This document shows, one piece after another, positions 63,850-64,000 of a stretch of DNA of 64,000 bases. The translations under genes were made by a program, and so were the position numbers. Each line of letters opens with the position of its first letter. The first letter of the stretch is position 1. The notes below the pieces were generated by a model. It saw only the letters and a list, made by a program, of their open reading frames with translations. It was not told the DNA's origin and searched no databases. This DNA comes from Terriglobales bacterium (GTDB taxonomy: Bacteria; Acidobacteriota; Aminicenantia; Aminicenantales; Saccharicenantaceae), in contig DATKJS010000124.1 in the NCBI GenBank assembly GCA_035543515.1, forward strand, positions 8,968 to 72,967, read 5' to 3'.

Positions 63850-64000
63850 TCACGCCGCCCCGCCTTTACCGTCAACGGGGCATGGGCTCAGCTTCCAAAT
63901 CTCCTGAGCATACTCGCGGATGGCCCGGTCCGCGGAGAACCTGCCGGCCCGGGCTACGTTGATGATGGCCTTCCCGTCCCAGCCGGCGGCATCGCGGTAG
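63850..64000 (-). CDS. glgP: Alpha-glucan (glycogen/maltodextrin) phosphorylase, C-terminal ~50 codons (gene continues beyond the window end)
   Basis: The reverse complement translates ...YRDAAGWDGKAIINVARAGRFSADRAIREYAQEIWKLSP, the conserved phosphorylase C-terminus. The stop TGA is at 63852-63850. Confidence 0.6.
   Translation of the reverse strand, partial: YRDAAGWDGKAIINVARAGRFSADRAIREYAQEIWKLSPCPVDGKGGAA

Overview
This is a GC-rich bacterial chromosomal segment, probably from a Gram-negative (diderm) organism: most codons end in G/C, and it encodes a FadL-type outer-membrane protein, a PilQ secretin and a periplasmic Spy-like protein. I support about 57 protein-coding genes, one tRNA(CAU), and no rRNA, CRISPR array, transposase, integrase or recognisable defence gene. 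Gene blocks in order:
- 1-3.9 kb: a secreted FecR-domain protein with a Trp-rich domain and a ~330-aa Ser/Arg/Tyr low-complexity tail, next to a Spy/CpxP-like periplasmic protein.
- 3.9-7.5 kb: an rbs-like sugar ABC transporter (binding protein, ATPase, permease).
- 7.6-9.6 kb: a FadL/TodX outer-membrane channel plus two small hypothetical proteins.
- 10-10.9 kb: agmatinase.
- 11.3-14.7 kb: an ABC-2 exporter, a TPR-like membrane protein and the prepilin peptidase PilD.
- 14.7-16.2 kb: tilS with a tRNA(CAU) 12 nt upstream on the same strand.
- 16.3-17.9 kb: an HD-GYP phosphodiesterase.
- 18-25.3 kb: a minus-strand operon of a tungsten-type aldehyde:ferredoxin oxidoreductase (AOR), a two-domain class II aldolase, LutC and a LutB-LutA fusion, with a MoaD-like carrier and a P-loop NTPase upstream.
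- 25.3-32.8 kb: a type IV pilus cluster pilC-pilB-pilM-pilN-pilO-pilP-pilQ.
- 33.2-37.5 kb: a multi-domain sensor kinase and a sigma-54-dependent response regulator.
- 37.5-43.4 kb: an M1 aminopeptidase, a YkoF/MTH1187-like protein, SAM decarboxylase, Lrp, and glnA divergent from lrp across an AT-rich palindromic region.
- 44-57.8 kb: an amidohydrolase, an M50 protease and a housekeeping run scpA-scpB-ispH-rpsA-HU/IHF-HIT-ppiD-OPT-M29-patB.
- 58-64 kb: a GH29-like lipoprotein, a lower-GC blaR1/blaI locus with paired palindromic operators, ppx, and the 3' end of glgP.
The most unusual signal is a mosaic GC-rich repeat family, not previously described, present at four intergenic sites (two ~480-bp copies and two partial ones). 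Copies share imperfect terminal inverted repeats and a conserved hairpin GGGAACC-GGGACA-GGTTCCC, and I could not assign them to any known RNA class, so a miniature inverted-repeat (MITE)-like element or structured ncRNA is the working call. The AOR-aldolase-LutC-LutBA operon is a candidate ferredoxin-linked lactaldehyde-to-lactate-to-pyruvate route. Many long opposite-strand ORFs in the six-frame track are GC-skew artefacts and are not annotated.
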